Notes: a model not told the origin generated them from the sequence alone. Counted from the stretch's first letter, positions 19,808-28,650 are shown. The stretch is 64,000 bases of DNA from Flavobacteriales bacterium (GCA_030584065.1 CP129489.1:580640-644639), one strand, 5' to 3'. Program-made: numbers and translations.

Positions 19808-21019
19808 TCACAGGTCCAGGTCATCTAGCGGGCTGCGGATCCTGCCAAGGGCTTTGGTGCTTACGTGGGTGTAGATCTCCGTGGTCTTGCTGGAACTGTG
19901 TCCCAACAGGGCCTGAATATAGCGCAGGTCGGTGCCCTTCTCCAAGAGGTGGGTCGCGAAGCTGTGGCGCAGGGTATGAACGGTGGCCGGTTTGGTGATG
20001 CCGGCCTTCTCCCGGGCGCGATGAAAGATGACCTGCACGCTGCGAGGGGAGTACGGGCCGCCATCGGGGCCTTCGAACAGGTATCGCTTCGGCTTGTAGG
20101 TGGTCAGGTATTCCTCCAAGGAGGACAAGGCCTTACGGCTGAGCAGCGTGATCCGGTCCTTGCTACCCTTGCCACTGCGCACGATCAGTTGGCCGCGCTC
20201 CACGGCCAGGTCCTGTCGCTCCAGACCGATAAGCTCACTGAGCCGCAGCCCACCGGAGTAGATGAGCATGAGGATGCTCCGGTGCTTCAGATTCTCCACA
20301 TTGCGCAATAGGGCGGCCACCTCCTCCTCGCTCAGGACCATGGGCAGTTTCTTCTCATGGCGTGGCCGCTCCATGAACGTCACCCGCCGCGCATCGCCCA
20401 CCACGTTCATATAGTAGTAGCGGATGGCGTTCACCGCCTGGTTCAGGGTGCTGTTGCTCACCTTGCGCACGGTGGCCAGGTGGTGCTGGAAGGCCTCGAT
20501 GTCCTCCGTGCGGATGTCGTTCGGGTGCTTCCGCGGGAAGTGCTGGAACAACTGCTTGGTGGCGCTGAGATACACCTGGATGCTGCGCGGGCTGTACCGG
20601 GCCACCTCCAGTTTCCGGCGCATGTCGGCCAGGGCCTGCGCTTGTAGGGACGTCAGCGCCGGTGCGTCCGCCTTGGGCTCGCGTGGCGCCTTCGGGGACG
20701 GATCAACGGGCTTCGAGGCGCTGTTCCGCATTCCCTTGGTGCGCTCGCGGCTTGGTGCAGGCGCATCCGCTTGCTTCCGCAGGCCGTTCATGTCCACCCA
20801 GGCCAGCCCTTTGAAGGCATCGAAGATGACCTTGAGGTGCTCGGGGCTGTTGGGCATCCACCAGCAGCGGTGCGTACTGCTCCACTTGGCGCCGGCCTTG
20901 CGGGCCGCAGCGATCAACCCTGCATCGTAGGGGAAGTGCAGCGCGATGCACCGCTGGTCCTTGTGCACCAGGTGCGCCAGGGTCACCGATCCCGGGCTGT
21001 CGGCGGCTTTCTTGTCCAT
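19808..21019 (-). CDS. Tyrosine-type site-specific recombinase/integrase
   Basis: Catalytic region HTLRHSFATHLLEKGTDLRYIQALLGHSSSKTTEIYTHV (R-H-R-Y family) with a SAM-like N-terminal domain. Confidence 0.85.
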   Translation of the reverse strand: MDKKAADSPGSVTLAHLVHKDQRCIALHFPYDAGLIAAARKAGAKWSSTHRCWWMPNSPEHLKVIFDAFKGLAWVDMNGLRKQADAPAPSRERTKGMRNSASKPVDPSPKAPREPKADAPALTSLQAQALADMRRKLEVARYSPRSIQVYLSATKQLFQHFPRKHPNDIRTEDIEAFQHHLATVRKVSNSTLNQAVNAIRYYYMNVVGDARRVTFMERPRHEKKLPMVLSEEEVAALLRNVENLKHRSILMLIYSGGLRLSELIGLERQDLAVERGQLIVRSGKGSKDRITLLSRKALSSLEEYLTTYKPKRYLFEGPDGGPYSPRSVQVIFHRAREKAGITKPATVHTLRHSFATHLLEKGTDLRYIQALLGHSSSKTTEIYTHVSTKALGRIRSPLDDLDL

Positions 21020-21124
21020 GGGGCACGGTCAAGATAAGGAGCCGGTCGTACGATCGAGGCGCACCTCCCGGCCGACCGCTAACCCTGCTGAACGGATGGG
21101 TGTGCCGGGTCCCGTTCATGAGAT

Positions 21125-21150
21125 TCCTAAAGTGTAACTTTAAATAGCTC
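21125..21150. promoter_or_regulatory. Near-palindromic motif CTAAAGT-GTA-ACTTTAA upstream of the integrase gene
   Basis: Seen directly in sequence. Closely related copy at 22346-22373. Confidence 0.35.
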
Positions 21151-21166
21151 ATAAATGATCGCGGGC

Positions 21167-22339
21167 TCACATGCGCTCCAGCCACTGCCCCAGCTCCATC
21201 GCTTTCACGCCATGGGCAAGGCTTTCCGGCGTTCGGCGGTCGCCCTTCCGGTGCAGGATGAAGCAGCGTGCGGGACGGGCCAGCTTGCGCTTTTCCTCGA
21301 AGGCCTTGGTGAGCTGTGCCAATGCGGAGGCCATGCCGGGCACCGGTGTGCGCGAGGCCTTGCACTCGATCATGTCCACCCCGCCGTTGGGCGTGGGCAC
21401 CAGGAAGTCCACCTCCAGCCCCTGCTGGTCGCGGAAGTGGTAGAGTTCGCGCCGGCCCCCGCTGTTCACCTGCCGCTTGATGAGCTCGGCGGCCACGAAG
21501 CCCTCCCAAATCGCGCCCAGGAAGGGCGAGCGCTCCAGCTCGGCCGCCGTGGTGATGCCCAGCAGGTGGCAGGCCAGCCCGCTGTCGGCGTAGTACACCT
21601 TGGGCGACTTGATGAGGCGCTTGCCCAGGTTCTCGTAGAAGGGCGGCACGATGAGCAGCTGCTGGGTGGTCTCCAGCACGCCCAGCCACTGGTTGATGGT
21701 GGGCACGCTCACGCCCAACGGAGCGGCGAGCTCGGTGCGGTTGAGCACCTGCCCGTGCCGGGTGGCCAGCAGGGCCATGAAGCGCCGGAAGGTGGCCAGG
21801 TCGCGCACGTTGGTCACGGCGCGCACGTCGCGCTCCAGGTAGGTCTGCACGTAGCTGCTGAACCACAGCCCCGCGCCCTTGGGCCGCGCCACGGCCTCGG
21901 GGTAGCCGCCGTGCAGCAGGCCCACGCGTGGCGATTCCGTGATGGACAGAGGGTACAGCTGCAGCACGGCCGCACGCCCCGCCATCGATTCTGTGACACC
22001 ACCCATCAGCGCGGCCTCCTGCGAGCCAGTGAGGAACCACTGCCCCGTGCGCCGTGGGTTCCGGTCGATGCGCGAGCGCACGTAGGAGAAGAGCTCGGGC
22101 ACGTTCTGCACCTCGTCGAGGATCGCGGGCAGCTTCATCTCATCGAGGAAGCCCTGCGGGTCGGCGCGCATGCGGGCGATCACGTCGGGGTCCTCCAGCA
22201 GGGTGTACGAGGCCTTGGGGAAGAGCTTCCGCAGCAGCACGGTCTTGCCCGCGCGGCGCGGCCCCGTGAGCACCACGGCGGGAAAGGAGCGGGAGGCCTT
22301 CAGCAGGACCTTCCCAAGGTCGCGGTCGGTGTAGCGCAT
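21167..22339 (-). CDS. AAA-family ATPase with DUF4143-type C-terminal domain
   Basis: Walker A GPRRAGKT, Walker B LDEVQ. Family commonly found in Bacteroidota and archaeal accessory regions. Confidence 0.75.
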   Translation of the reverse strand: MRYTDRDLGKVLLKASRSFPAVVLTGPRRAGKTVLLRKLFPKASYTLLEDPDVIARMRADPQGFLDEMKLPAILDEVQNVPELFSYVRSRIDRNPRRTGQWFLTGSQEAALMGGVTESMAGRAAVLQLYPLSITESPRVGLLHGGYPEAVARPKGAGLWFSSYVQTYLERDVRAVTNVRDLATFRRFMALLATRHGQVLNRTELAAPLGVSVPTINQWLGVLETTQQLLIVPPFYENLGKRLIKSPKVYYADSGLACHLLGITTAAELERSPFLGAIWEGFVAAELIKRQVNSGGRRELYHFRDQQGLEVDFLVPTPNGGVDMIECKASRTPVPGMASALAQLTKAFEEKRKLARPARCFILHRKGDRRTPESLAHGVKAMELGQWLERM

Positions 22340-22345
22340 GTTTGA

Positions 22346-22373
22346 GAATCCTAAAGTACAACTTTAGAAATCT
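22346..22373. promoter_or_regulatory. Perfect 7-3-7 palindrome CTAAAGT-ACA-ACTTTAG, 7 nt upstream of the ATPase start codon
   Basis: Seen directly in sequence. Also contains TAcTTTaG resembling the Bacteroidota -7 box (TAnnTTTG) in the sense of the ATPase. Confidence 0.4.
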
Positions 22374-22403
22374 CAAAACAAGCAATGAGGCTCCGAGGAG
22401 CGT

Positions 22404-24875
22404 TCACACCTTCTCCAACCGCTCCGTCATCTTGCGTATCCGGTCCTCCAGCTGCTCGCTGGTGAGCTTTTCGCGCAGGCGGTCCACCAGGATGGGGAAG
22501 GCGAAGGGCGTGAAGCGGCCGGGATCCTTCAGCACGATGCGCTGGCGCTGGATGCGTTCCAGGGCTTCGCGCATGCGCGGCAGCTCCATCTGCACGTCGA
22601 AGGCTTCGTCATAGGCTTGCCGCAGCAGCAGGTGGTCGGGCTCGTGCTCGCGGAACACGTCGAAGAAGAGGCCGCTGTTGGCGCGCATGTGCCGCTCCTT
22701 CAGCGGACGACCGGGCATGCCCTTGAACACCAACCCCGCAATGCTGGCGATGTCGCGGAACTTCCGCCGGGCCATCTCGGTGGCGTTCAGGCTGCGCTGC
22801 AGGTCGCTCAGCAGGTCCTGCGGACTGAACAGGTCGTTGTCCAGCGCCTCCTCGATGGGGATGGGCTGGTCGCTGAGCAGCTCGAAGCCGTAGTCGTTCA
22901 TGGCGATGCTGAAGGTGATGGGCTTCAGCAAACTCATGCGGAAGGCGAGGAGCGAGCCCATGGCCTCGTGCACCAGCCGCCCCTCGAAGGGGTAGATCAC
23001 CACGTGGTGCCCTTCGCGGCTCTCGAAGCGTTCGATGAGCAGCTCATCCTCGGTGGGTACGATGCTCGTTTCGCGCTGGCGATCCAGGATGGGCTGCACG
23101 GCGGCCATCTCCGTGTTGCATCCTGGATCGGTGAGCTGCGCGCGCAGCACCTTGGCCATGTAGCTGCTCAGGGGCATGCGACCGCCCTGCCAGCTGGGGA
23201 TCTTGCCCTTCTGCTCGCGGCTTTTGCGCACCTGCGCCACCAGTCCTTGCACACGCACGAACTCCAGGCTGCGTCCCGCGAACCAGAACACATCGCCGGG
23301 CTTCAGCTGGTTGATGAACCATTCCTCCACCGTGCCGATGCGGCCACCGCCGATCAGCTTCACCGCGTAGCTCTCGCTGCCCACGATGGTGCCGATGCTG
23401 AGCTTGTGGCGCAGCGCGATGCGGCGGTCGTGCACGCGGATCATCCCGTCGGCATCCACCACGGCCTTGCGGAACTCCTCGTAGGCCGTGAGGCTCTTGC
23501 CGCCCGTGGTGATGAAGGTGAGCAGCCAGTCCCATTCCTCCGGGGTGATGTCCTGGAAGCACCACGTGGAGCGCACTTCCTCGTAGAGCATGGCAGGGGC
23601 GAAGCCGTCGCTCACGGCCAGCGTCACCAGGTATTGCGCAAGCACATCGAAGCAACGGAACAGTGGCTGTCGCGCCTCGATGCTGCCTTCCTCGGCGGCT
23701 TGGCGCAGGGCGGAGGCCTCCACCAGCTCCAGTGCGTGGGTGGGCAGGAACCAGATGCGGCTCACGGCATCTGGACGGTGGCCGCTGCGCCCTGCGCGTT
23801 GCACGAAGCGCGCCACGCCCTTCGGACCGCCCACCTGCACCACGGTCTCCACCGGACGGAAATCCACGCCCAGGTCGAGGCTGCTGGTGCACACCACGGC
23901 CTTCAGACGGCCTTCGTCCAGCGCCTTCTCCACCCACTCGCGCACGTCGCGGTCCAGGCTGCCGTGGTGCAGGGCGATGGTGCCCGCCAGCTCCGGCGCG
24001 ATGTCCAGCAGGTGGAGGTACCAGATCTCGCTCTGTGCGCGGGTATTGGTGAAGATCAGCGTGCTGGTGCTCTGCTCGATGATCGGCAGCAGGCGGTGCG
24101 CCAGCTTCAGGCCCAGGTGCCCGGCCCATGGGTAACGCTCCACCTCCTCGGGGATGATGCTGCGGACCTCGATTGGTTTGCGGATGGTGGATCGGACGAG
24201 GACGGGGATGGGTCGATCCGCACCGGTAGGTCGACCCGGTGGGGCGACACTACGGGTGCGATCTACGATGTCGGTGCCATGCAGCACCGCCATCGCCTCC
24301 TCCAGGTTCCCGATCGTGGCGCTGATGCCCCAGATGCCCAGCTGCGGCCGCAGGGCCTTCAGCCGGCTCAGGGCCAGCTCCACCTGCACGCCGCGCTTGC
24401 TGCCCAGCAGCTCGTGCCACTCGTCGGCGATGAACCAGTCCAGGTGCTTGAAGAGGTTCGCATAGCCCTTGGTGGCCAGCAGCACGTGCAGGCTTTCGGG
24501 CGTGGTAACGAGCAGCTGGGGCAGGGCTTTCTTCTGCGCCGCGCGCTCCTTGGTGCTGGTGTCGCCCGTGCGCACGCCCACTTTCCAGTCCAGGCCCACG
24601 CCGTCGCACATCCGCTGGGCGCTCTCCGCGATCTCGCCGGCCAGCGCGCGCAGGGGCGTGATCCAGATGGCCTTCAGGCCTTGCGCCTTGGAAGGTTGCA
24701 GCAACGCGTGGTTCACCACACCGCCCCACACGGCGTAGGTCTTACCCGTACCGGTGGGCGCGTTCAGCAGGCCGCTGCGGCCCTCGGCCATGTGCGACCA
24801 CACTTCGCGCTGGAAGGGCTGCGCGGTCCAGCCTTGGGAGGCGAACCATTGGTCCAATGCGGGGTGTGCGCTCAT
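22404..24875 (-). CDS. lhr: Ligase-associated DNA damage response DEXH-box helicase (Lhr-like)
   Basis: Helicase motifs I (NAPTGTGKT) and II DEWH, and motif VI QRAGRSGH, followed by the Lhr C-terminal region. Start MSAHPALDQW at 24875 is preferred over the longer ORF. Confidence 0.85.
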   Translation of the reverse strand: MSAHPALDQWFASQGWTAQPFQREVWSHMAEGRSGLLNAPTGTGKTYAVWGGVVNHALLQPSKAQGLKAIWITPLRALAGEIAESAQRMCDGVGLDWKVGVRTGDTSTKERAAQKKALPQLLVTTPESLHVLLATKGYANLFKHLDWFIADEWHELLGSKRGVQVELALSRLKALRPQLGIWGISATIGNLEEAMAVLHGTDIVDRTRSVAPPGRPTGADRPIPVLVRSTIRKPIEVRSIIPEEVERYPWAGHLGLKLAHRLLPIIEQSTSTLIFTNTRAQSEIWYLHLLDIAPELAGTIALHHGSLDRDVREWVEKALDEGRLKAVVCTSSLDLGVDFRPVETVVQVGGPKGVARFVQRAGRSGHRPDAVSRIWFLPTHALELVEASALRQAAEEGSIEARQPLFRCFDVLAQYLVTLAVSDGFAPAMLYEEVRSTWCFQDITPEEWDWLLTFITTGGKSLTAYEEFRKAVVDADGMIRVHDRRIALRHKLSIGTIVGSESYAVKLIGGGRIGTVEEWFINQLKPGDVFWFAGRSLEFVRVQGLVAQVRKSREQKGKIPSWQGGRMPLSSYMAKVLRAQLTDPGCNTEMAAVQPILDRQRETSIVPTEDELLIERFESREGHHVVIYPFEGRLVHEAMGSLLAFRMSLLKPITFSIAMNDYGFELLSDQPIPIEEALDNDLFSPQDLLSDLQRSLNATEMARRKFRDIASIAGLVFKGMPGRPLKERHMRANSGLFFDVFREHEPDHLLLRQAYDEAFDVQMELPRMREALERIQRQRIVLKDPGRFTPFAFPILVDRLREKLTSEQLEDRIRKMTERLEKV
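24229..24278. repeat. Palindromic repeat copy A (GGTCGACCC-GGT-GGGGCGAC + CACTACGGGTGC tail), in-frame inside lhr
   Basis: Three near-identical copies seen directly (copies B and C below). In lhr it encodes ...VDRTRSVAPPGRPTGADRP..., looking like an inserted linker. Confidence 0.6.
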
Positions 24876-25053
24876 GATGGGTATTTGGGCGCGCCCCTCG
24901 TTCCTCGGGTCGGGCTGTCCGCTGCAAGTCCGCACTCGTTCACCCCGGCCCCTGAGCCGGGGCTCCTCGTTTGCGGGCTTTCCGCTACCATCCCTCGCGC
25001 GGGCACGGTGCCTGACCCATGCTCACGGCCAGCAGGGATCATACGCCCTGTCC

Positions 25054-25100
25054 GGTCGACCCAGTGGGTCGACGCTACGGGTGCTGCGATGATGATCCGT
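25054..25100. repeat. Palindromic repeat copy B in the ligase-lhr intergenic spacer
   Basis: GGTCGACCCAGTGGGTCGACGCTACGGGTGC. Same family as 24229 and 26731. Confidence 0.6.
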
Positions 25101-25104
25101 GATG

Positions 25105-26715
25105 TCATCTGATCATTCCTTTCAGGTCATCCAGCGTGTTCGCCTCCTCCGCCTTCTTATCCCGGCGCCAACGGGCGATCCGTGGAAAGCGCACGGCCAC
25201 GCCGCTCTTATGGCGCGTGCTGGGGCTGATGCCCTCGAAGGCGACCTCGAACACCAGCTCAGGCTTCACCTGCCGCACCGGACCGAAGCGCTCCAGCGTG
25301 TTCTTCTTCACGAAGGCGTCCACCTCCAGCATCTCCGCATCGGTGAGGCCGCTGTAGGCCTTGGCGAAGGTGACCAGCTCACCGTTGTGCCAGAGCCCGA
25401 AGGTGTGGTCGGTGTACAGATCGGCGCGGCGGCCGTGGCCCTGCATGCTGAAGGTGAGCACGGCGTCGACGCTCAGCGGGTCCACCTTCCATTTCCACCA
25501 ATCGCCGCGGCGGCGACCTACTTCGTAGGTGCTACTGAGCCGCTTCAGCATCAGGCCCTCGATGCTGGCGGTGCGCGCATGCTCGCGGTGCGCCACGATC
25601 TCCTCCCACGAAGCGAAGGGCAGCGTGGCCGAGAGGGTAAGCATCGGCTGGCCCGCATTGGACACGATGTCCTCCAACAGCGCGCGCCGTTCGCTCAGCG
25701 GCCGTTGGCGGATGTCCTCGCCCAAGTGCTCCATCAGGTCGTAGGCCATGAAGATCACGGGCACATCGGCCAGCAGCTTCTTCCCCACGCTCTTTCGCCC
25801 AATGCGCTTTTGCAGTTCGGCGAAGGGGAGGGGCGCACCATCCTTCCAGGCCAGGATCTCCCCGTCCAGCACAGTGCCATGAGGCAAGCCCTTTCGCAGC
25901 GCCTCGAGCTCGGGGTACTTGTCGGTGACCAGTTCCTCCCCGCGGCTCCACACGTAGTGCTGCCCGCCGCGCACGATGAGCTGCCCACGGATGCCGTCCC
26001 ACTTGTGCTCGGCCTGCCAGTCGCGCGGGTCGCCAAGGGGCATCAGGTCCTCGAGTCCGGCACCCGCGGCCGTTCCCTCGGGACCCTCGATGCCGTAGGC
26101 CAGGTAGAAGGGGTAGGGGCGACTGTGGTCGTCACCTTCGTTCGCGCCGAGCACCAAGTCGTGGAAAGTGGTGGTATGCGGACTCCAGTCGCCCATGAGC
26201 CGATGCGCCAGCACATCCTCGCCCACGCCGGTGGCTTTGCTCAGGCCCTTCACCATCACCTTCTGGCTCACCCCGATCCGGAAGCCTCCGGTGATGATCT
26301 TGTTGAAGACGAAGAGCTCCATGCCCTCAAGTCCAGCCCACGCGGCCTTCACGCGCGCGGCCTTCTCCTGCTCGGACAAGTCCTTCAGTTCTTCCACGTA
26401 CCGCACCCATTCCGCCAGGGGCTTCACCATGCGCTCTTCCAGCTTCGCGATGTGCGTTACGGTCTCCGCGAAGTCGCCCACCACGTGGTAGCTGGCCTCG
26501 AAGAGCCAGTCCGGGATGCCGCTGACCTCCGCGGCCCATTGGCGCAGTTGCGTGCTCGTCACCGGGCGTTTCGGGCGCCGCCCGCTCAGCAACGCGATCA
26601 CCCAGAGCTTATCGGCATCGTCCGCTTCGCGGAAATACGTAGCCAGGGCCTCCACCTTGGTGTTGGTGCTGGTTGTTGAATCCAGCGCATCGAACAATTC
26701 AGCTTCCCTGTTCAT
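25105..26715 (-). CDS. ATP-dependent DNA ligase (ligase-associated damage response type)
   Basis: Adenylation motif I EHKWDGIRGQ (KxDG), OB-fold C-terminal region. 4-nt overlap with upstream exonuclease gene. Confidence 0.85.
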   Translation of the reverse strand: MNREAELFDALDSTTSTNTKVEALATYFREADDADKLWVIALLSGRRPKRPVTSTQLRQWAAEVSGIPDWLFEASYHVVGDFAETVTHIAKLEERMVKPLAEWVRYVEELKDLSEQEKAARVKAAWAGLEGMELFVFNKIITGGFRIGVSQKVMVKGLSKATGVGEDVLAHRLMGDWSPHTTTFHDLVLGANEGDDHSRPYPFYLAYGIEGPEGTAAGAGLEDLMPLGDPRDWQAEHKWDGIRGQLIVRGGQHYVWSRGEELVTDKYPELEALRKGLPHGTVLDGEILAWKDGAPLPFAELQKRIGRKSVGKKLLADVPVIFMAYDLMEHLGEDIRQRPLSERRALLEDIVSNAGQPMLTLSATLPFASWEEIVAHREHARTASIEGLMLKRLSSTYEVGRRRGDWWKWKVDPLSVDAVLTFSMQGHGRRADLYTDHTFGLWHNGELVTFAKAYSGLTDAEMLEVDAFVKKNTLERFGPVRQVKPELVFEVAFEGISPSTRHKSGVAVRFPRIARWRRDKKAEEANTLDDLKGMIR

Positions 26716-27773
26716 GGCGCGGGCGTTTCGGGTCTACCCGGTGGGTCGACACTACGTGTGCCGTCCTGTACGTCGGCACCCGCTTCTCCTGCGAACTCTG
26801 TCGACTCTGCGGTCGCATAATATCCAACGCTCCGCAGGTACTGGCTGAACAGATCCGTGTACCCGTGGGTAGCGATTACGCGCTCGGCGCCGCTCTCCTT
26901 CACGGCCAGTAAAAGCGCGTCCCAGTCGGCATGGTCACTTAGCACGAAGCCCTTGTCGATGTTGCCGCGGCGCCGCCAACCGCGCAATTGCATCCAGCCG
27001 CTCGCCATTGCGCTGCGGTACGGCTTCATGCGGCTCATCCACGGCGTATCCAAGGCAGAACCCGGTGTGATCACCAGCGCGTTGCGGAAGCGCTCTTTCG
27101 GGGTGTCCTTGGTGATATGCTCCCACGGCGGCAGTTCAAGCCCGCAGTCCTGAAGCACGGTGTTCATGTTGGCCACGGCCCCGTGCACCAGGATCGGGCC
27201 GATGCTCCGGTCCACGCCGGTCATCACGCGCTGTGCCTTGCCCAGGCTGTAGGCGCTGATCACCGAACAGACACCGTTCGCCGCATTGCTGCGCCACCAG
27301 CCATTGATCTCAGCGAACACCTCTGAAGGCTCCTTCCACCGATAGATGGGCAATCCGAAGGTGCATTCGGTGATGAGCGTGTGGCAGCGCACCGGCTCGA
27401 AGGGGTCGCTGATCCCGTCGGTGTGGCGCTTGTGATCGCCGGTGGCCACCCATACCTCACCCTTGTATTCCACCCGCACCTGCATGCTGCCGGGGATGTG
27501 ACCGGCCGGGTGCAGCGAGAACCTCACCCCCTTGATGGTGACGCTTTGGTCGTGCACCAGGGTGTCGATGTGCAGGTCCTCGCCCAGCCGCGAATGCATG
27601 AGCGCCTTGGTGATGGGGGAGGACAGGTAGTGCTTGCTGCCGCGCCGGGCATGGTCGCTGTGTGCGTGGGTGATGATGGCACGGTCTACCGGCCGCCAGG
27701 GGTCGATGTACACGTCCGCCACCGGACAGTGAATCCCTCGGTCCGTGAATGACAGCAAAGTCGTCAGTGGCAC
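26712..27773 (-). CDS. Ligase-associated DNA damage response exonuclease (metallo-beta-lactamase fold, SNM1/Artemis-like)
   Basis: MBL motif ITHAHSDHARRG, beta-CASP-like C-terminus. Apparent GTG start. Confidence 0.8.
   Translation of the reverse strand: MPLTTLLSFTDRGIHCPVADVYIDPWRPVDRAIITHAHSDHARRGSKHYLSSPITKALMHSRLGEDLHIDTLVHDQSVTIKGVRFSLHPAGHIPGSMQVRVEYKGEVWVATGDHKRHTDGISDPFEPVRCHTLITECTFGLPIYRWKEPSEVFAEINGWWRSNAANGVCSVISAYSLGKAQRVMTGVDRSIGPILVHGAVANMNTVLQDCGLELPPWEHITKDTPKERFRNALVITPGSALDTPWMSRMKPYRSAMASGWMQLRGWRRRGNIDKGFVLSDHADWDALLLAVKESGAERVIATHGYTDLFSQYLRSVGYYATAESTEFAGEAGADVQDGTRSVDPPGRPETPAP
26731..26780. repeat. Palindromic repeat copy C, forms the last codons of the exonuclease gene (…DGTRSVDPPGRPETPAP*)
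   Basis: GGTCTACCCGGTGGGTCGACACTACGTGTGC plus a GTGCCG...CGGCAC second hairpin. Confidence 0.6.
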
Positions 27774-27845
27774 GCGCTCAAGCTAGCGCAGTTGCCGTGG
27801 AACACCGCAAGCGAACCGGTGTTCGATGCAGGGATGATGCCGGAA

Positions 27846-27971
27846 CTAGCTGGCGGCCCAGATCATGAGCACAATCATGCCCAGGACCATCAGGGCCACC
27901 AGGACCGGACCGCCGATCTCGTTCTGCTCGGCCTCCTCGGGGAAGTGGCCTTCGAAGTGGTTGTCGCTCAT
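27846..27971 (-). CDS. Possible small membrane protein (41 aa)
   Basis: ATG...TAG ORF MSDNHFEGHFPEEAEQNEIGGPVLVALMVLGMIVLMIWAAS, acidic N-terminus plus one TM helix, 72 nt upstream of the exonuclease gene. Not in the supplied track. Speculative. Confidence 0.3.
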   Translation of the reverse strand: MSDNHFEGHFPEEAEQNEIGGPVLVALMVLGMIVLMIWAAS

Positions 27972-28054
27972 GGAGGGGGTCCTATGTGAACCGGACCGGC
28001 GCCAAATATAGAAGCGCTCGCGAAGGCGTTCTGCGGCGATCGGCTCCGGACCGC

Positions 28055-28246
28055 TCAGTTGAGGCTGAATGTGGGCTGTCGCAGGACCATTCGGGCGATG
28101 ACAGAGCTCTCGTTCCGGCGCATGCGGCTGATCAGCGCATGCACCTGCTCGTCCAACTCGCGGTCGCTCAGCTTCGCCAGGTCTTTGTAAACCGGGAGGC
28201 TGCTCCGGCTCTTGAGGATCAACGCTATCTTATAGGAGCGTGACAT
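28055..28246 (-). CDS. Small hypothetical protein (63 aa)
   Basis: ORF with moderate coding look (MSRSYKIALILKSRSSLPVYKDLAKLSDRELDEQVHALISRMRRNE...). No recognised family. Confidence 0.3.
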   Translation of the reverse strand: MSRSYKIALILKSRSSLPVYKDLAKLSDRELDEQVHALISRMRRNESSVIARMVLRQPTFSLN

Positions 28247-28616
28247 GGTTCCGATGATAAGACGGTTGCCGAGCGGCTGGGGATGCCTGTCTGATGCCGG
28301 CGGTTGTGCCGCATTCGAGGAAAGGCGGCATTCAAGGGCTGAGCGGCGTGTCCAAGGCCGTGAACGCGCCGATGCCTTCGGGGATAGCGCTCACCCTGCA
28401 GCTGGACCACCGGATGCCTGGGCGATACCCCTCCCCGCGGCGCCATGAGGTCCGCCAAGCCCATGCATGCCCCGCTTGGCCGGTCGGGGTGTGTGGGTTG
28501 GCCGAAGGCGGCCATGCCAGAAGGGGGGGAGGCCTCATGCGCAAGCCCTTGACGCTGCTGCGCATCGTCGGGCTTTTCCATCCCCTTACGCGCTCAAGCT
28601 CCGCTCGGTCACGCAT

Positions 28617-28650
28617 GAAAAAGCCCCAGCGACTTCGTCGCCAGGGCTTG
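28617..28650 (-). terminator. Rho-independent terminator downstream of tRNA-Pro
   Basis: Minus-strand GC-rich imperfect hairpin (AGCCCTGGCGAC-GAAG-TCGCTGGGGCT) followed by TTTTT. Confidence 0.45.
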
